Source: an uncultured Alcanivorax sp. (lineage in GTDB: Bacteria; Pseudomonadota; Gammaproteobacteria; Pseudomonadales; Alcanivoracaceae). From it: 64,000 nt of DNA. The stretch spans positions 9,997 through 73,996 of the forward strand of contig CAJXLA010000001.1 of assembly GCA_913055795.1 (NCBI GenBank). Direction: 5' to 3'. Position 1 is the first letter of the stretch; every line of letters begins with the position of its first letter. The translations under genes were made by a program, and so were the position numbers. Below, piece after piece: positions 27,588 to 36,038 of this stretch. The notes under the pieces are model-generated. The model saw only the letters and a list, made by a program, of their open reading frames with translations, did no database searches and was not told the origin of the DNA.

Positions 27588-28427
27588 CTAACCGCCGTCC
27601 TGGTTGCCGCCCTGACCACCACCGGGTACAGGCGAGCCGCCCTGCATGGGTTGCTTGGCGCCGCCACTGGTGGCCAGATTCTTGGCCAGTTCCAGCTCAT
27701 CCGTCATCTGGTGGCTGTAGCGATGAATCAGGAAGGGAACCGCGTCTTCCGAAAAGTTGACCAGGGACTCCCGGATAAAGCGCCACCGAATCCGCACCTG
27801 CCCCAGGGTGCGTTTGATCGCATCTTCGTCGGCGTATTGCTTTTCCACTTCACTCAGGCTTTCGCCAAAGGCGGGGACGGCCTCTTCAAAGGAAATGCGG
27901 TCGCCGCTCCCCGCGACGCCGCCGCCCGGAGCAGCCGCAAGCCGGAGATATTCGGCCGCGATATGCTGCAGGTCACCCCCCAGTGACATGAGATCCGAGT
28001 ACTTGCCCTCGTCGGCAAGATCCGCGCCTTCCAGCTGCTTCACCATGGACTTGCCGGCCGAGCGAAGATCCAGCCGCGTGTAGCGGCTGGGCTGGCCCTG
28101 TTCGGCCGTCTCGTTGGCCCGGGCATACTCGACAAAGTCCGACCAGTTGGATTCCAGCTCCGATACCAGGGTATTGCCCGCATCGCTTGCCGCACTGGAG
28201 CGCAGACTGTCCAGGGTTTTATTGCCCCGCTGGATGCTCTCTTCCATCTGCTTGCGGTATTCCTCGCTGCCTCCCATGACCGTGAGCATGTGAAAGTCCG
28301 CCTGAACACGCCAGACGTCCATGATCATCTGTTCAATACCGGTTTGCTTGATGGCCGCCTGCAGCCCCGTGGAACAGGTCAGCAGCATCATGGCAGCGAA
28401 GATCCGAGACAGTATTGTTTTTTTCAT
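27588..28427 (-). CDS. Secreted hypothetical protein (279 aa) with Gly/Gln-rich tail
   Basis: Signal peptide MKKTILSRIFAAMMLLTCSTGLQAA, a helical body and a low-complexity C-terminus (GGAKQPMQGGSPVPGGGQGGNQDGG). Confidence 0.6.
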   Translation of the reverse strand: MKKTILSRIFAAMMLLTCSTGLQAAIKQTGIEQMIMDVWRVQADFHMLTVMGGSEEYRKQMEESIQRGNKTLDSLRSSAASDAGNTLVSELESNWSDFVEYARANETAEQGQPSRYTRLDLRSAGKSMVKQLEGADLADEGKYSDLMSLGGDLQHIAAEYLRLAAAPGGGVAGSGDRISFEEAVPAFGESLSEVEKQYADEDAIKRTLGQVRIRWRFIRESLVNFSEDAVPFLIHRYSHQMTDELELAKNLATSGGAKQPMQGGSPVPGGGQGGNQDGG

Positions 28428-28530
28428 CAGCTGATTCTCCGGAAAACGTATTGAACCCTGGATTACTCCCTCCGGCCGACCCGTTGGGCCCGGCTGTTCA
28501 GCTCCAGCCTTGCGTGCCCGTCCCCTTGAG

Positions 28531-29112
28531 TCAATCCCCGGGCACGGAATCCATCAGATGGTCCGAACTCTCAAGCGACTGCGGCCACTGAGACCAGGAC
28601 TGCAGAAAGAACTCGGGCATCATGAACATCATAATGATATTGGCGGCCATGGACAGCAGGGAAAGCAGCCACCAGAACCCGCCAAACACTTGCACCAGCA
28701 GGCCATTGGGTGGATTGGGCGCACCGAAGCGGTTGCCCACGGCCGTGCCCGGCGCCACCAGCAGGTAAATGGACAACAGCAGATTCACCCCGGGTACCAG
28801 GATCAGCAACGCCCACCAGCCGGCGTGATCCCGGTCATGCAGGCGGCGCACCATAAGCCCGATCGACCAGACGAAAAAGGCCAGCCCCAGCCCCGCAATG
28901 GCCGCAAGCAGCAGCGGCGCGAGACTTTCCGGCGTCCAGGAGGCCCGACTGAAAATGAACAGCAGGGCCGCGGACAGACCCGTAATGATGGCGCCGGTGA
29001 GGTAATAGCAGCAAAAGCGCAGCCGATTGAGCCGCTGGGTGAGACTGAGCGCTTGCATGGTCTCGAACGAGACTTGTGCTTCCGGCGGTACCCGACTTAC
29101 CTGTTCATACAT
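28531..29112 (-). CDS. DUF805 (YhaH/YhaI-like) inner-membrane protein
   Basis: Track ORF 28531..29256, trimmed to ATG 29112 (MYEQVSR). The DUF805 signature is RRLHDRDHAGWWALLILVPGVNLLLSIYLLVAPGTAVGNRFG. Overlaps the upstream gene by 8 nt. Confidence 0.75.
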   Translation of the reverse strand: MYEQVSRVPPEAQVSFETMQALSLTQRLNRLRFCCYYLTGAIITGLSAALLFIFSRASWTPESLAPLLLAAIAGLGLAFFVWSIGLMVRRLHDRDHAGWWALLILVPGVNLLLSIYLLVAPGTAVGNRFGAPNPPNGLLVQVFGGFWWLLSLLSMAANIIMMFMMPEFFLQSWSQWPQSLESSDHLMDSVPGD

Positions 29113-29515
29113 CCGGTTCACTCCCCTGTGCCGCCGTGGCCGATTCCTCCCAGGCGCGGAAGTCAGCCAGGTCACTCCGGATATGATGAACCACGCGGGC
29201 CGCCACCGCCAGATCGTCCATAAAGCCCATGGCGACAATAAAATCCGGAATGGCATCCAGGGGCATGAGGAAATAGATCAGCGCCCCCAGGGCAGCGACA
29301 ATGGACGCCACGGGCACCTGCCGGTACTCGCCCCGCGCCCAGGCTCCTACCAGCCGGGCGAGCGCGCGCAGATCGTCCAGCCCTTCGCCCAGCCGGCCCT
29401 GGAAACGCGTGGCCCTGTCCGTGGCCCGCCGGGCCAGATCCGCCGCCCGCCCGGGTTCGCGGCTGAGGTGTTGTGCCTGCTCCCGGGCCCGTTCTTCATG
29501 CCGGTTGCGCGCCAT
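29105..29515 (-). CDS. DUF1232 (YkvA-family) membrane protein
   Basis: The track start is TTG 29518. The ATG at 29515 overlaps the ParA stop as TGATG and has GGAGG 4 nt upstream. The signature is PLDAIPDFIVAMGFMDDLAV. Confidence 0.75.
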   Translation of the reverse strand: MARNRHEERAREQAQHLSREPGRAADLARRATDRATRFQGRLGEGLDDLRALARLVGAWARGEYRQVPVASIVAALGALIYFLMPLDAIPDFIVAMGFMDDLAVAARVVHHIRSDLADFRAWEESATAAQGSEPDV

Positions 29516-30294
29516 CAAGCCTCCAGCTCATCGTAAAGCGCCCGGAATTCCCCGGTGAGCTTGTGCCGCGGGGCAAAATTGACCAGCGGCGAAGCCCGCT
29601 CGTGGGATTCGCGCATGATGACACTGCTGGAAACATGACTGTCCAGCACGGGCAGCCCCTCGCTGCGCAACTCCTCGACCACTTCGCGCGGCAGCCGGGC
29701 CCGGGGCTGATACTGGTTGGCCACAATGCCCTCCACGCGTAGATCCTCGTTGTGATCCTCCCGCGCTTCCTGGATATTCTCCAGCAGACTGTACAGCGCC
29801 TTGCGCGAGAAGGCGTCACAGTCGAAGGGGATCAGGCAGCCGTGTGCGGCGATCAGCGCCGACAAGGTATAGAAGTTGTAGGCGGGCGGTGTGTCGATGT
29901 AGATCACGTCGTATTCGCGGTCCAGCTTTTTCATCAAACCGCGCAGCTTGTAGATCTTGTGCTTGCTTTCCAGCAGATGCTCGATTTCGCCCAGTTCCGG
30001 GTTGGACGGCAGGATGTCCAGATTCGAGAAGCCGGTGGCGTGGACATAATCCGTAGCCGAAGGCTCGCGCAGGCGCATGGACAGGGCCTCGCCGAAAAAG
30101 GTGCCGATATTGGGGCTTGGGCCCTGATCATGGTGGAAGGCCTCCATGCCCAGCAGGTACTGGCTGGCGTTGCATTGCGGGTCCAGGTCCACCACCAGGG
30201 TGCGTTTGCCCTCGCTCGCACTGATGGCGGCCAGGTTCACGGCGATGCTGGACTTGCCCACGCCCCCTTTCTGGTTGAACACCACGCGGCGCAT
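29515..30294 (-). CDS. ParA/MinD-family P-loop ATPase (orphan; no parB or parS seen)
   Basis: Track ORF 29515..30339, trimmed to ATG 30294 (MRRVVFNQKGGVGKSS, a deviant Walker A). Also has VVDLDPQCNAS and YDVIYIDTPP motifs. Confidence 0.85.
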   Translation of the reverse strand: MRRVVFNQKGGVGKSSIAVNLAAISASEGKRTLVVDLDPQCNASQYLLGMEAFHHDQGPSPNIGTFFGEALSMRLREPSATDYVHATGFSNLDILPSNPELGEIEHLLESKHKIYKLRGLMKKLDREYDVIYIDTPPAYNFYTLSALIAAHGCLIPFDCDAFSRKALYSLLENIQEAREDHNEDLRVEGIVANQYQPRARLPREVVEELRSEGLPVLDSHVSSSVIMRESHERASPLVNFAPRHKLTGEFRALYDELEA

Positions 30295-30407
30295 AGCTGT
30301 TGTCCCCCGGATCTGTGAATGGTTGACCGGATGATACACAGCCTTCCAGCACCAGGGCTACCAGCGCCGGCCGGCTTTGTGCGTATATAGATCCCGGAAA
30401 GGTGTAT

Positions 30408-30453
30408 AGAACCAGCTGGTTCTGCTTGTCAGGGTGGCCATGGTTCCTAGAAT
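30408..30453 (+). promoter_or_regulatory. 16-bp perfect palindrome abutting a sigma70-like promoter upstream of the P450 gene
   Basis: AGAACCAGCTGGTTCT (30408-30423) is a perfect palindrome. It is directly followed by TTGTCA (30426-30431), a 16-nt spacer and TAGAAT (30448-30453). GGAGG and the ATG at 30486 follow. Confidence 0.45.
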
Positions 30454-30485
30454 GTAGGAAAACAAAGTATTTACCGGAGGTATTC

Positions 30486-31835
30486 ATGGCCACCGCCGCC
30501 CCCTTGTCGGATGTGCCCCGAGACAGCGAACTCCAGGCGGTACCGGGCGATTCCGGCCCGCCCCTGGTCGGCTACACCTTCAGCTTCATGAAGGATCCGG
30601 TCACCATGCTGCGCCAGCGCTACGACCATTATGGCCCGGTGTCCTGGGCCCATCTGTTCGGTATCCGCATGGTTCAGCTGCTGGGTCCGGAAGCCAACGA
30701 GTTCGTGTTCAAGAACAAGGGCAACCTCTTCAGCAACAACCAGGGCTGGGACTACTTCATCGGCAAGTTCTTCCGGCGCGGGATCATGCTGCTCGATTTC
30801 GACGAGCACAAATGGCACCGCAAGATCATGCAGCAGGCCTTCCACCGGGATGTGCTCAAGGACTATCTGGAGCGCATGGGCGTGGGGATCGAACAGGGCA
30901 TTGCGGACTGGGAATCAGACGACAACTTCCATGTCTTCAACGCCATCAAACAGCTCACCCTGGACCTGGCCACGGATGTCTTCATGGGTCATGAACTGGG
31001 CCCGGAGGCGGACCGCATCAACCGCGCCTTTATCGACGCCGTGCGCGGCGGTACCGCCTTCGTGCGTTTCCAGGTGCCGGGACTGCGCTGGTCACGAGGA
31101 CTGCGCGGACGTCGGGTACTGGAGGACTTTTTCTATCGTCATATCCCCGAAAAGCGCCAGAGCAACGAAGGCGACATGTTCAGCGTACTCTGCCGCGCCG
31201 AAACCGAGGACGGCGAATATTTCACCGACGATGATGTGGTCAACCACATGATCTTTCTGATGATGGCGGCCCACGACACCTCCACCATCACCCTGTGCAA
31301 CATGTTCTATTATCTGGCGCGCTATCCGGAATGGCAGGAACGCGTGCGCGCCGAATCCCGGGCCCTGGGCAAGGAGCCCATCAGCTACGAGGATCTGGAT
31401 CAGCTGGAATCCGCCGGGCTGGTCATGAAGGAGGCCCTGCGGCTGTGCGCGCCCGTGCCCTCACTGCCGCGCATGACCACCCAGGACGTGGAATTCCAGG
31501 GCTATTTCATTCCGAAAGGGACCATGGTCAATATCCTGCCCTACTTCACGCACTACATGCATGAGTACTGGCCCGATCCCTACCGCTTCGACCCGGAACG
31601 CTTCGCCGAACACCGCCGAGAAGACAAGGTTCACCCCTACGCCTGGGTTCCCTTCGGCGGCGGTGCGCACAAGTGCATCGGCCTGCACTTCGCGGAGTTG
31701 CAGGTCAAGGCCATCCTGCATCAGGTGGTCCAGCATTTCGAGTGGACGGTGGACCCGGATTACGAGATGCCGGTCGACACCAGTTCATTGCCCGTGCCGG
31801 GAGACGGCCTTCCCGTGAAGATGCGGCGGATCTGA
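30486..31835 (+). CDS. Cytochrome P450 monooxygenase
   Basis: Track ORF 30402..31835, trimmed to ATG 30486 (MATAAPLSDV) after GGAGG. Heme loop FGGGAHKCIGLHFA and ExxR (KEALRL). No ferredoxin or reductase gene is adjacent. Confidence 0.9.
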   Translation: MATAAPLSDVPRDSELQAVPGDSGPPLVGYTFSFMKDPVTMLRQRYDHYGPVSWAHLFGIRMVQLLGPEANEFVFKNKGNLFSNNQGWDYFIGKFFRRGIMLLDFDEHKWHRKIMQQAFHRDVLKDYLERMGVGIEQGIADWESDDNFHVFNAIKQLTLDLATDVFMGHELGPEADRINRAFIDAVRGGTAFVRFQVPGLRWSRGLRGRRVLEDFFYRHIPEKRQSNEGDMFSVLCRAETEDGEYFTDDDVVNHMIFLMMAAHDTSTITLCNMFYYLARYPEWQERVRAESRALGKEPISYEDLDQLESAGLVMKEALRLCAPVPSLPRMTTQDVEFQGYFIPKGTMVNILPYFTHYMHEYWPDPYRFDPERFAEHRREDKVHPYAWVPFGGGAHKCIGLHFAELQVKAILHQVVQHFEWTVDPDYEMPVDTSSLPVPGDGLPVKMRRI

Positions 31836-31837
31836 AA

Positions 31838-32028
31838 AAGGAGCGAGGAGCGAGGAGCGAGGCGCGAGGAGCGAGGGGCGAGGTGCCAGGAAAAGCCGGG
31901 CGTCGAAGGCGTCCGGCGCACTGCCCTTTTTCGAGCGAGATTTATTAAAAACCACAGAGAGCACAGAGGATACACCCTGCCCCTTGCTCCTCTTTTTCTA
32001 GCTCCTCGGCCCTCGCGCCTCGCTCCTT
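31838..32028. repeat. Palindromic intergenic element with heptad-periodic (GNGCGAG)n arms enclosing a hairpin plus T5 tract
   Basis: The left arm holds seven consecutive 7-mers at 31841-31889 (GAGCGAG x3, GCGCGAG, GAGCGAG, GGGCGAG, GTGCCAG). The right arm carries their complement (CCTCGCGCCTCGCTCCTT at 32011-32028, 17/18 complementary to 31838-31855). The internal hairpin is GCCGGGCGTC-GAAG-GCGTCCGGC (31895-31917), followed by TTTTT at 31927-31931. Confidence 0.6.
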
Positions 32029-32032
32029 GAGC

Positions 32033-33394
32033 CTACGGCTCAATAAACTCCCCATCCCGCATCGTAACGAACTCCTCAGCTGACGTCGGATGGATGCCCA
32101 CTGTGGCGTTGAAATCCGCCTTGGTGGCCCCCATGCGCAGCGCCACGGCGAAGCCCTGGGTAATTTCGGAGGCTTCTTCGCCGGCCATGTGCAGGCCCAC
32201 CACCTGATCCGTGGCGTTGTCCACGATCAGTTTCATCAGGGCTTTCGTCTCGCTCTTGCCCAGGCTGTGGCGCATGGGGCGGAATTTGGTCTGGTACACG
32301 CGCACGGGGCCGTGGTGTTCCAGGGCTTCGTGTTCGGTCAGACCCACGGAGCCGATATTGGGCTGGCAGAACACCGCCGACGGGATGAATTCGTAAGACA
32401 AGGGAATGGGGTTTTCATCGCTGTACAGGTGACGAGCCAGCCACATGCCCTCTTCCAGGGCCACCGGAGTCAACTGCACGCGGTCGGTGACATCGCCGAT
32501 GGCGTACACACCCGGTATGGAACTCTCATAGTGATCGTCCACGACCACGGCGCCGGTGTAACTCAGGTCCGGTTGTACGCGCTCGGCGAAGAGTTCGTCC
32601 ACCAGGGGGACGCGACCGGTGGCATAGAAGACCCGGTCCACGTCCATGAAGTCGCCGTGACCGAGGTTCAAGCGAAGGCCGTCGTCCAGAGCTTCCACAG
32701 AATCCACTTCGGTGCTGAAATGCAATTCTATGCCCTGGCGGGCCATATCCTCGGCCACGAACTCGCGAATGTCGTCGTCGAAACCGCGCAGGAAAAGCTC
32801 GCGCCGGTAGATCAGCTCCACGTCACAGCCCAGGCCGTTGAGAATGGAGGCAAATTCACAGGCGATATAGCCGCCGCCCACCACGGCCACCGCCCGGGGC
32901 AGTTCGTCCAGGTAGAAGAGATCGTCGGAGATATTGATGTGTTCCCGCCCGGGAAAGTCCGGTATCCAGGGCTTGCCGCCGGTGGCGACCAGGATATGAC
33001 GCGTGTTCAGCCGTTGCTCGCCCACGCGAACCACGCCTTCGGACTCGATCACGCCATGGCCCTCGTAGATGGCCACATCCGAACGGATCAGCAGATTCTG
33101 GTAAATGCCGTTCAGGCGTTCGATCTCGCGATCCTTGGTCTGGCGCAGCCGGGACCAGTCCACCTCGGGCACCTCGGTGGCGTAGCCGAAATCCCGCGCC
33201 AGAGCGATATCCTCGGGAAAGCCGGCCGCGTAGGCGAAGAGTTTCTTGGGGACACAGCCCACATTGACGCAGGTGCCGCCATAAAAGCGCTCCTCGACAA
33301 TGGCCACGCGCGCACCGAAACCCGCGGCCGTGCGCGCGGCCCGAACACCGCCGGAACCCGCGCCTATGACGACCAGATCAAAGTCTTCACTCAT
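32033..33394 (-). CDS. gor: Glutathione-disulfide reductase
   Basis: Track ORF trimmed to ATG 33394 (MSEDFDLVVIGAGSGGVRAA) after GGAGG. Redox-active GGTCVNVGCVPKK and a C-terminal dimerisation HPTSAEE motif. Confidence 0.9.
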   Translation of the reverse strand: MSEDFDLVVIGAGSGGVRAARTAAGFGARVAIVEERFYGGTCVNVGCVPKKLFAYAAGFPEDIALARDFGYATEVPEVDWSRLRQTKDREIERLNGIYQNLLIRSDVAIYEGHGVIESEGVVRVGEQRLNTRHILVATGGKPWIPDFPGREHINISDDLFYLDELPRAVAVVGGGYIACEFASILNGLGCDVELIYRRELFLRGFDDDIREFVAEDMARQGIELHFSTEVDSVEALDDGLRLNLGHGDFMDVDRVFYATGRVPLVDELFAERVQPDLSYTGAVVVDDHYESSIPGVYAIGDVTDRVQLTPVALEEGMWLARHLYSDENPIPLSYEFIPSAVFCQPNIGSVGLTEHEALEHHGPVRVYQTKFRPMRHSLGKSETKALMKLIVDNATDQVVGLHMAGEEASEITQGFAVALRMGATKADFNATVGIHPTSAEEFVTMRDGEFIEP

Positions 33395-33427
33395 TTGTCC
33401 TCCCCTGCCTTGTGTTATGGCCAACAG

Positions 33428-34996
33428 CTAGCGATACATGGGCATCCGGATCGCCGGTTGCATGTCCGAGCGGCGTCCGTGATCCAGATAGGCGTTGTTT
33501 TCCACGGGCGGCCAGAGTTCGTCCAGCCGCACCGAGCGGGCGTCGCCGGTCATCATGCGTGCGTGCTTGCGCGTCAGCCCGCGTGGCTCCGACACCCCGC
33601 AGGAGTGCGCAATCATGCCCACCTCGCGCACCAGATGCGCATGAAAGTGCTGGACTCGCTCGGCCTTGTCCCGCGGCACCAGCCCGCGCTGGAGCCTCGG
33701 ATCATGGGTGGTGACTCCAGTGGGACAGGTGTTCTCGTTGCACTGCAACGCCTGAATACAGCCCAGGGCGAACATGAAACCCCGGGCGGAGGTACAAAAA
33801 TCCGCCCCCATGGCCAGGGCCCAGGCCACCCGGTTGGGGGTAATCAATTTGCCCGACGCGATGACGCGTATACGGTCGCGCAATCCATAGCCGTTTAGCA
33901 GGTCCACCACCAGTGGCAGCGACTCGGAAAGGTTCAGGCCCACATCGTCCATAAGCGGCATGGGCGCCGCGCCGGAACCGCCATCGCCGCTGTCCACGGT
34001 GATGAAATCCGGTGCGCTCTCCCGGCCCCGGCGGTGGACAGCCAGCAAGAGATCCTCAAGCCATTCCCAGTCCCCTACCACCGTCTTGATGCCCACGGGC
34101 TTGCCGGTCACGTCCCGCACCCGATTGATCAGGTCCAGGAGTTCGTCCTCGTTGCTCACATCCGGGTGCCGGTTGGGGCTGATGGACGCCTCGCCCTCGG
34201 GGATGCCACGAATCCGGGCAATCTCCGGCGTAACCTTGGATGCCGGGAGAATTCCGCCCTTGCCGGGCTTGGCCCCCTGGCTGAGCTTGATCTCGAACAT
34301 CTTCACGCGCGAGTGGCCGGCGACTTCCTCAAGCCTGTGGTTGCTCAAGTTGCCCTCGTGATCCCGGACCCCGTAACGCGCCGTGCCGATCTGGAAGACC
34401 AGATCACAGCCGCCCTCTTCGTGGTACTCGGCCAGACCACCCTCGCCCGTATTCATCCAGCAACCGGCCATGCCCGCGCCCCGGGACAGCGCCTGCACGG
34501 CCGGCCGGGATATGGCCCCGTAGCTCATGGCCGAGGCGTTGTACAGCGAGCGCGCCGCGTACGGCTGGCGGCAATGGGGACCGATCATCATGGCCGGGCT
34601 TTCTACCGAATCCTTTTCCAGCACGGACCAGGCACTGCTGGCGAACACCACCTCGCCGGGCACCAGGGTGTTCTTGGTGGAGCCGAAAGGCACGGTGTTG
34701 TTCAGATCCTTGGCGGCGCGGTAGACCCAGGAACGCTGGGCCCGATTGAACGGCAGCTCCTCGCGATCATGGGCATAGAAATACTGGCGGAAAAACTCGC
34801 CCAGATGCTCGAAAAAGTAGCGAAAGCGGCCGATCAATGGATAATTTCGCCGAACGGCATGTCTTTTCTGGATAAAACGGTCCTCGAACCAGAGCCCGAA
34901 AACGGTGACGGACAACACCAGCAGGCCCAGCAAGAAACCCAGCAACAGAATATCGGTGAGGGTTTGCACAAAGGCTGTCAGACCGGGAGGCAGCAT
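33428..34996 (-). CDS. FMN-binding glutamate-synthase-family protein (GltB domain-2-like) with N-terminal TM anchor
   Basis: Track ORF trimmed to ATG 34996 (MLPPGLTAFVQTL...). Motifs KLSQGAKPGKGGILP, VDSGDGGSGAAP and ASGKL. Confidence 0.8.
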   Translation of the reverse strand: MLPPGLTAFVQTLTDILLLGFLLGLLVLSVTVFGLWFEDRFIQKRHAVRRNYPLIGRFRYFFEHLGEFFRQYFYAHDREELPFNRAQRSWVYRAAKDLNNTVPFGSTKNTLVPGEVVFASSAWSVLEKDSVESPAMMIGPHCRQPYAARSLYNASAMSYGAISRPAVQALSRGAGMAGCWMNTGEGGLAEYHEEGGCDLVFQIGTARYGVRDHEGNLSNHRLEEVAGHSRVKMFEIKLSQGAKPGKGGILPASKVTPEIARIRGIPEGEASISPNRHPDVSNEDELLDLINRVRDVTGKPVGIKTVVGDWEWLEDLLLAVHRRGRESAPDFITVDSGDGGSGAAPMPLMDDVGLNLSESLPLVVDLLNGYGLRDRIRVIASGKLITPNRVAWALAMGADFCTSARGFMFALGCIQALQCNENTCPTGVTTHDPRLQRGLVPRDKAERVQHFHAHLVREVGMIAHSCGVSEPRGLTRKHARMMTGDARSVRLDELWPPVENNAYLDHGRRSDMQPAIRMPMYR

Positions 34997-35290
34997 GGCG
35001 TACTCCTTGGTAAATGCTCCGGGGCCCGGATCATGGAAAACCGGATTACGCCCGGGACGGCAACGAATAATGGACCAAAGCACCGAAGTGGAAAAGATGC
35101 CGTGCGCGGCGGGCCGTTACAAGTATATCCCGAGGAAGCAACACGGGCCGCCTTTTCGAGGCTTGAAACGCACCCTTGATCCCGGCCCGTACATCACTTG
35201 AAGATTCGGCGGCAGGTTTCTGATTTACCTGAGAAACCAATCCGTTATACTGAAATCTTACCAGAAGAAGAATCACGGGGACGAACAAGG

Positions 35291-35905
35291 GTGCTACGAG
35301 CCGGTTTACTCACGCTGGTATTGCTGCCCTGGACGGCGCAGGCGGAGCGGATCTTTGAGTACCGCGACGCGGACGGGGGCGTGGTCTTTACCGATCGTGG
35401 CCAGAAACAGATGCCCGATGACCACTCCTTGCTGAAGGTGCGCAAGGGCTGGGAATACGAGCCGCAGCCGTTGCCTCCGGAACAGCGCGACCGGTATGAC
35501 CCGGATATCCGCTATGCCGCGCGCTCGCACGATCTCGATCCGGCGCTGATCAAGGCGGTGATTCACGCGGAATCGCTGTTCGACCCCTATGCGGTGTCCT
35601 CCGCCGGGGCCGAAGGGCTGATGCAGCTCATGCCGGAAACCGCCGGTCACCTGAATGTCCATCGCCCCTTTGATCCGCGCCAGAACATCCTGGGCGGCAG
35701 CGAGTTTCTGGCCTATCTGCAGCAGCGTTTTGACCGCCTGGAGCATGTGCTGGCGGCCTACAACGCCGGCGAAACCAATGTCCGCAAATACGGCGGCATC
35801 CCGCCTTTCACGGAAACGCAGAATTACGTCAAGAAAGTGAAAGAACTGCTGACCGACTATCGCCAGCAGTTCAGTGCATCAAATGAGACAGTCGCGAATC
35901 GATAA
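35291..35905 (+). CDS. Lytic transglycosylase (SLT domain) with N-terminal DUF4124-like segment
   Basis: The track ORF starts at TTG 35198. The in-frame GTG at 35291 gives a signal peptide (VLRAGLLTLVLLPWTAQA). SLT motifs are AVIHAESLFDPYAVSSAGAEGLMQLMP and AYNAG. The start is uncertain. Confidence 0.8.
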   Translation: MLRAGLLTLVLLPWTAQAERIFEYRDADGGVVFTDRGQKQMPDDHSLLKVRKGWEYEPQPLPPEQRDRYDPDIRYAARSHDLDPALIKAVIHAESLFDPYAVSSAGAEGLMQLMPETAGHLNVHRPFDPRQNILGGSEFLAYLQQRFDRLEHVLAAYNAGETNVRKYGGIPPFTETQNYVKKVKELLTDYRQQFSASNETVANR

Positions 35906-35910
35906 ATAGA

Positions 35911-36016
35911 GTCGAAAGACGAAAGCGGAAAGATCAAAGAAGAAATAGGTTCAAATGGGGCGCCTTTGGCGCCCCATGCTTTCGCTTTCCACTTTAGGCT
36001 TTCTTCTTTCGTCTCG
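35911..36016. terminator. Bidirectional terminator-like element: perfect 10-bp hairpin flanked by heptad-periodic A-rich/T-rich arms
   Basis: ATGGGGCGCC-TTT-GGCGCCCCAT (35955-35977). The left arm has five 7-mers CGAAAGA CGAAAGC GGAAAGA TCAAAGA AGAAATA (35913-35947). The right arm has five CTTTNNN 7-mers (35985-36012). The outer arms are about 15/18 complementary. It sits between the convergent slt-like and ppsA stops. Confidence 0.65.
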
Positions 36017-36038
36017 AGCAAGACGCGCTCCGCGCGCC

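Noticed and set aside
31841-31889. I considered whether the tandem GAGCGAG repeats could be a CRISPR array or a coding repeat (track ORF 31673..31948).
   Set aside because: The period is only 7 nt with no spacers, so it is not a CRISPR array. The period is not a multiple of 3, and the ORF crosses the P450 stop and terminator, so it is not coding.
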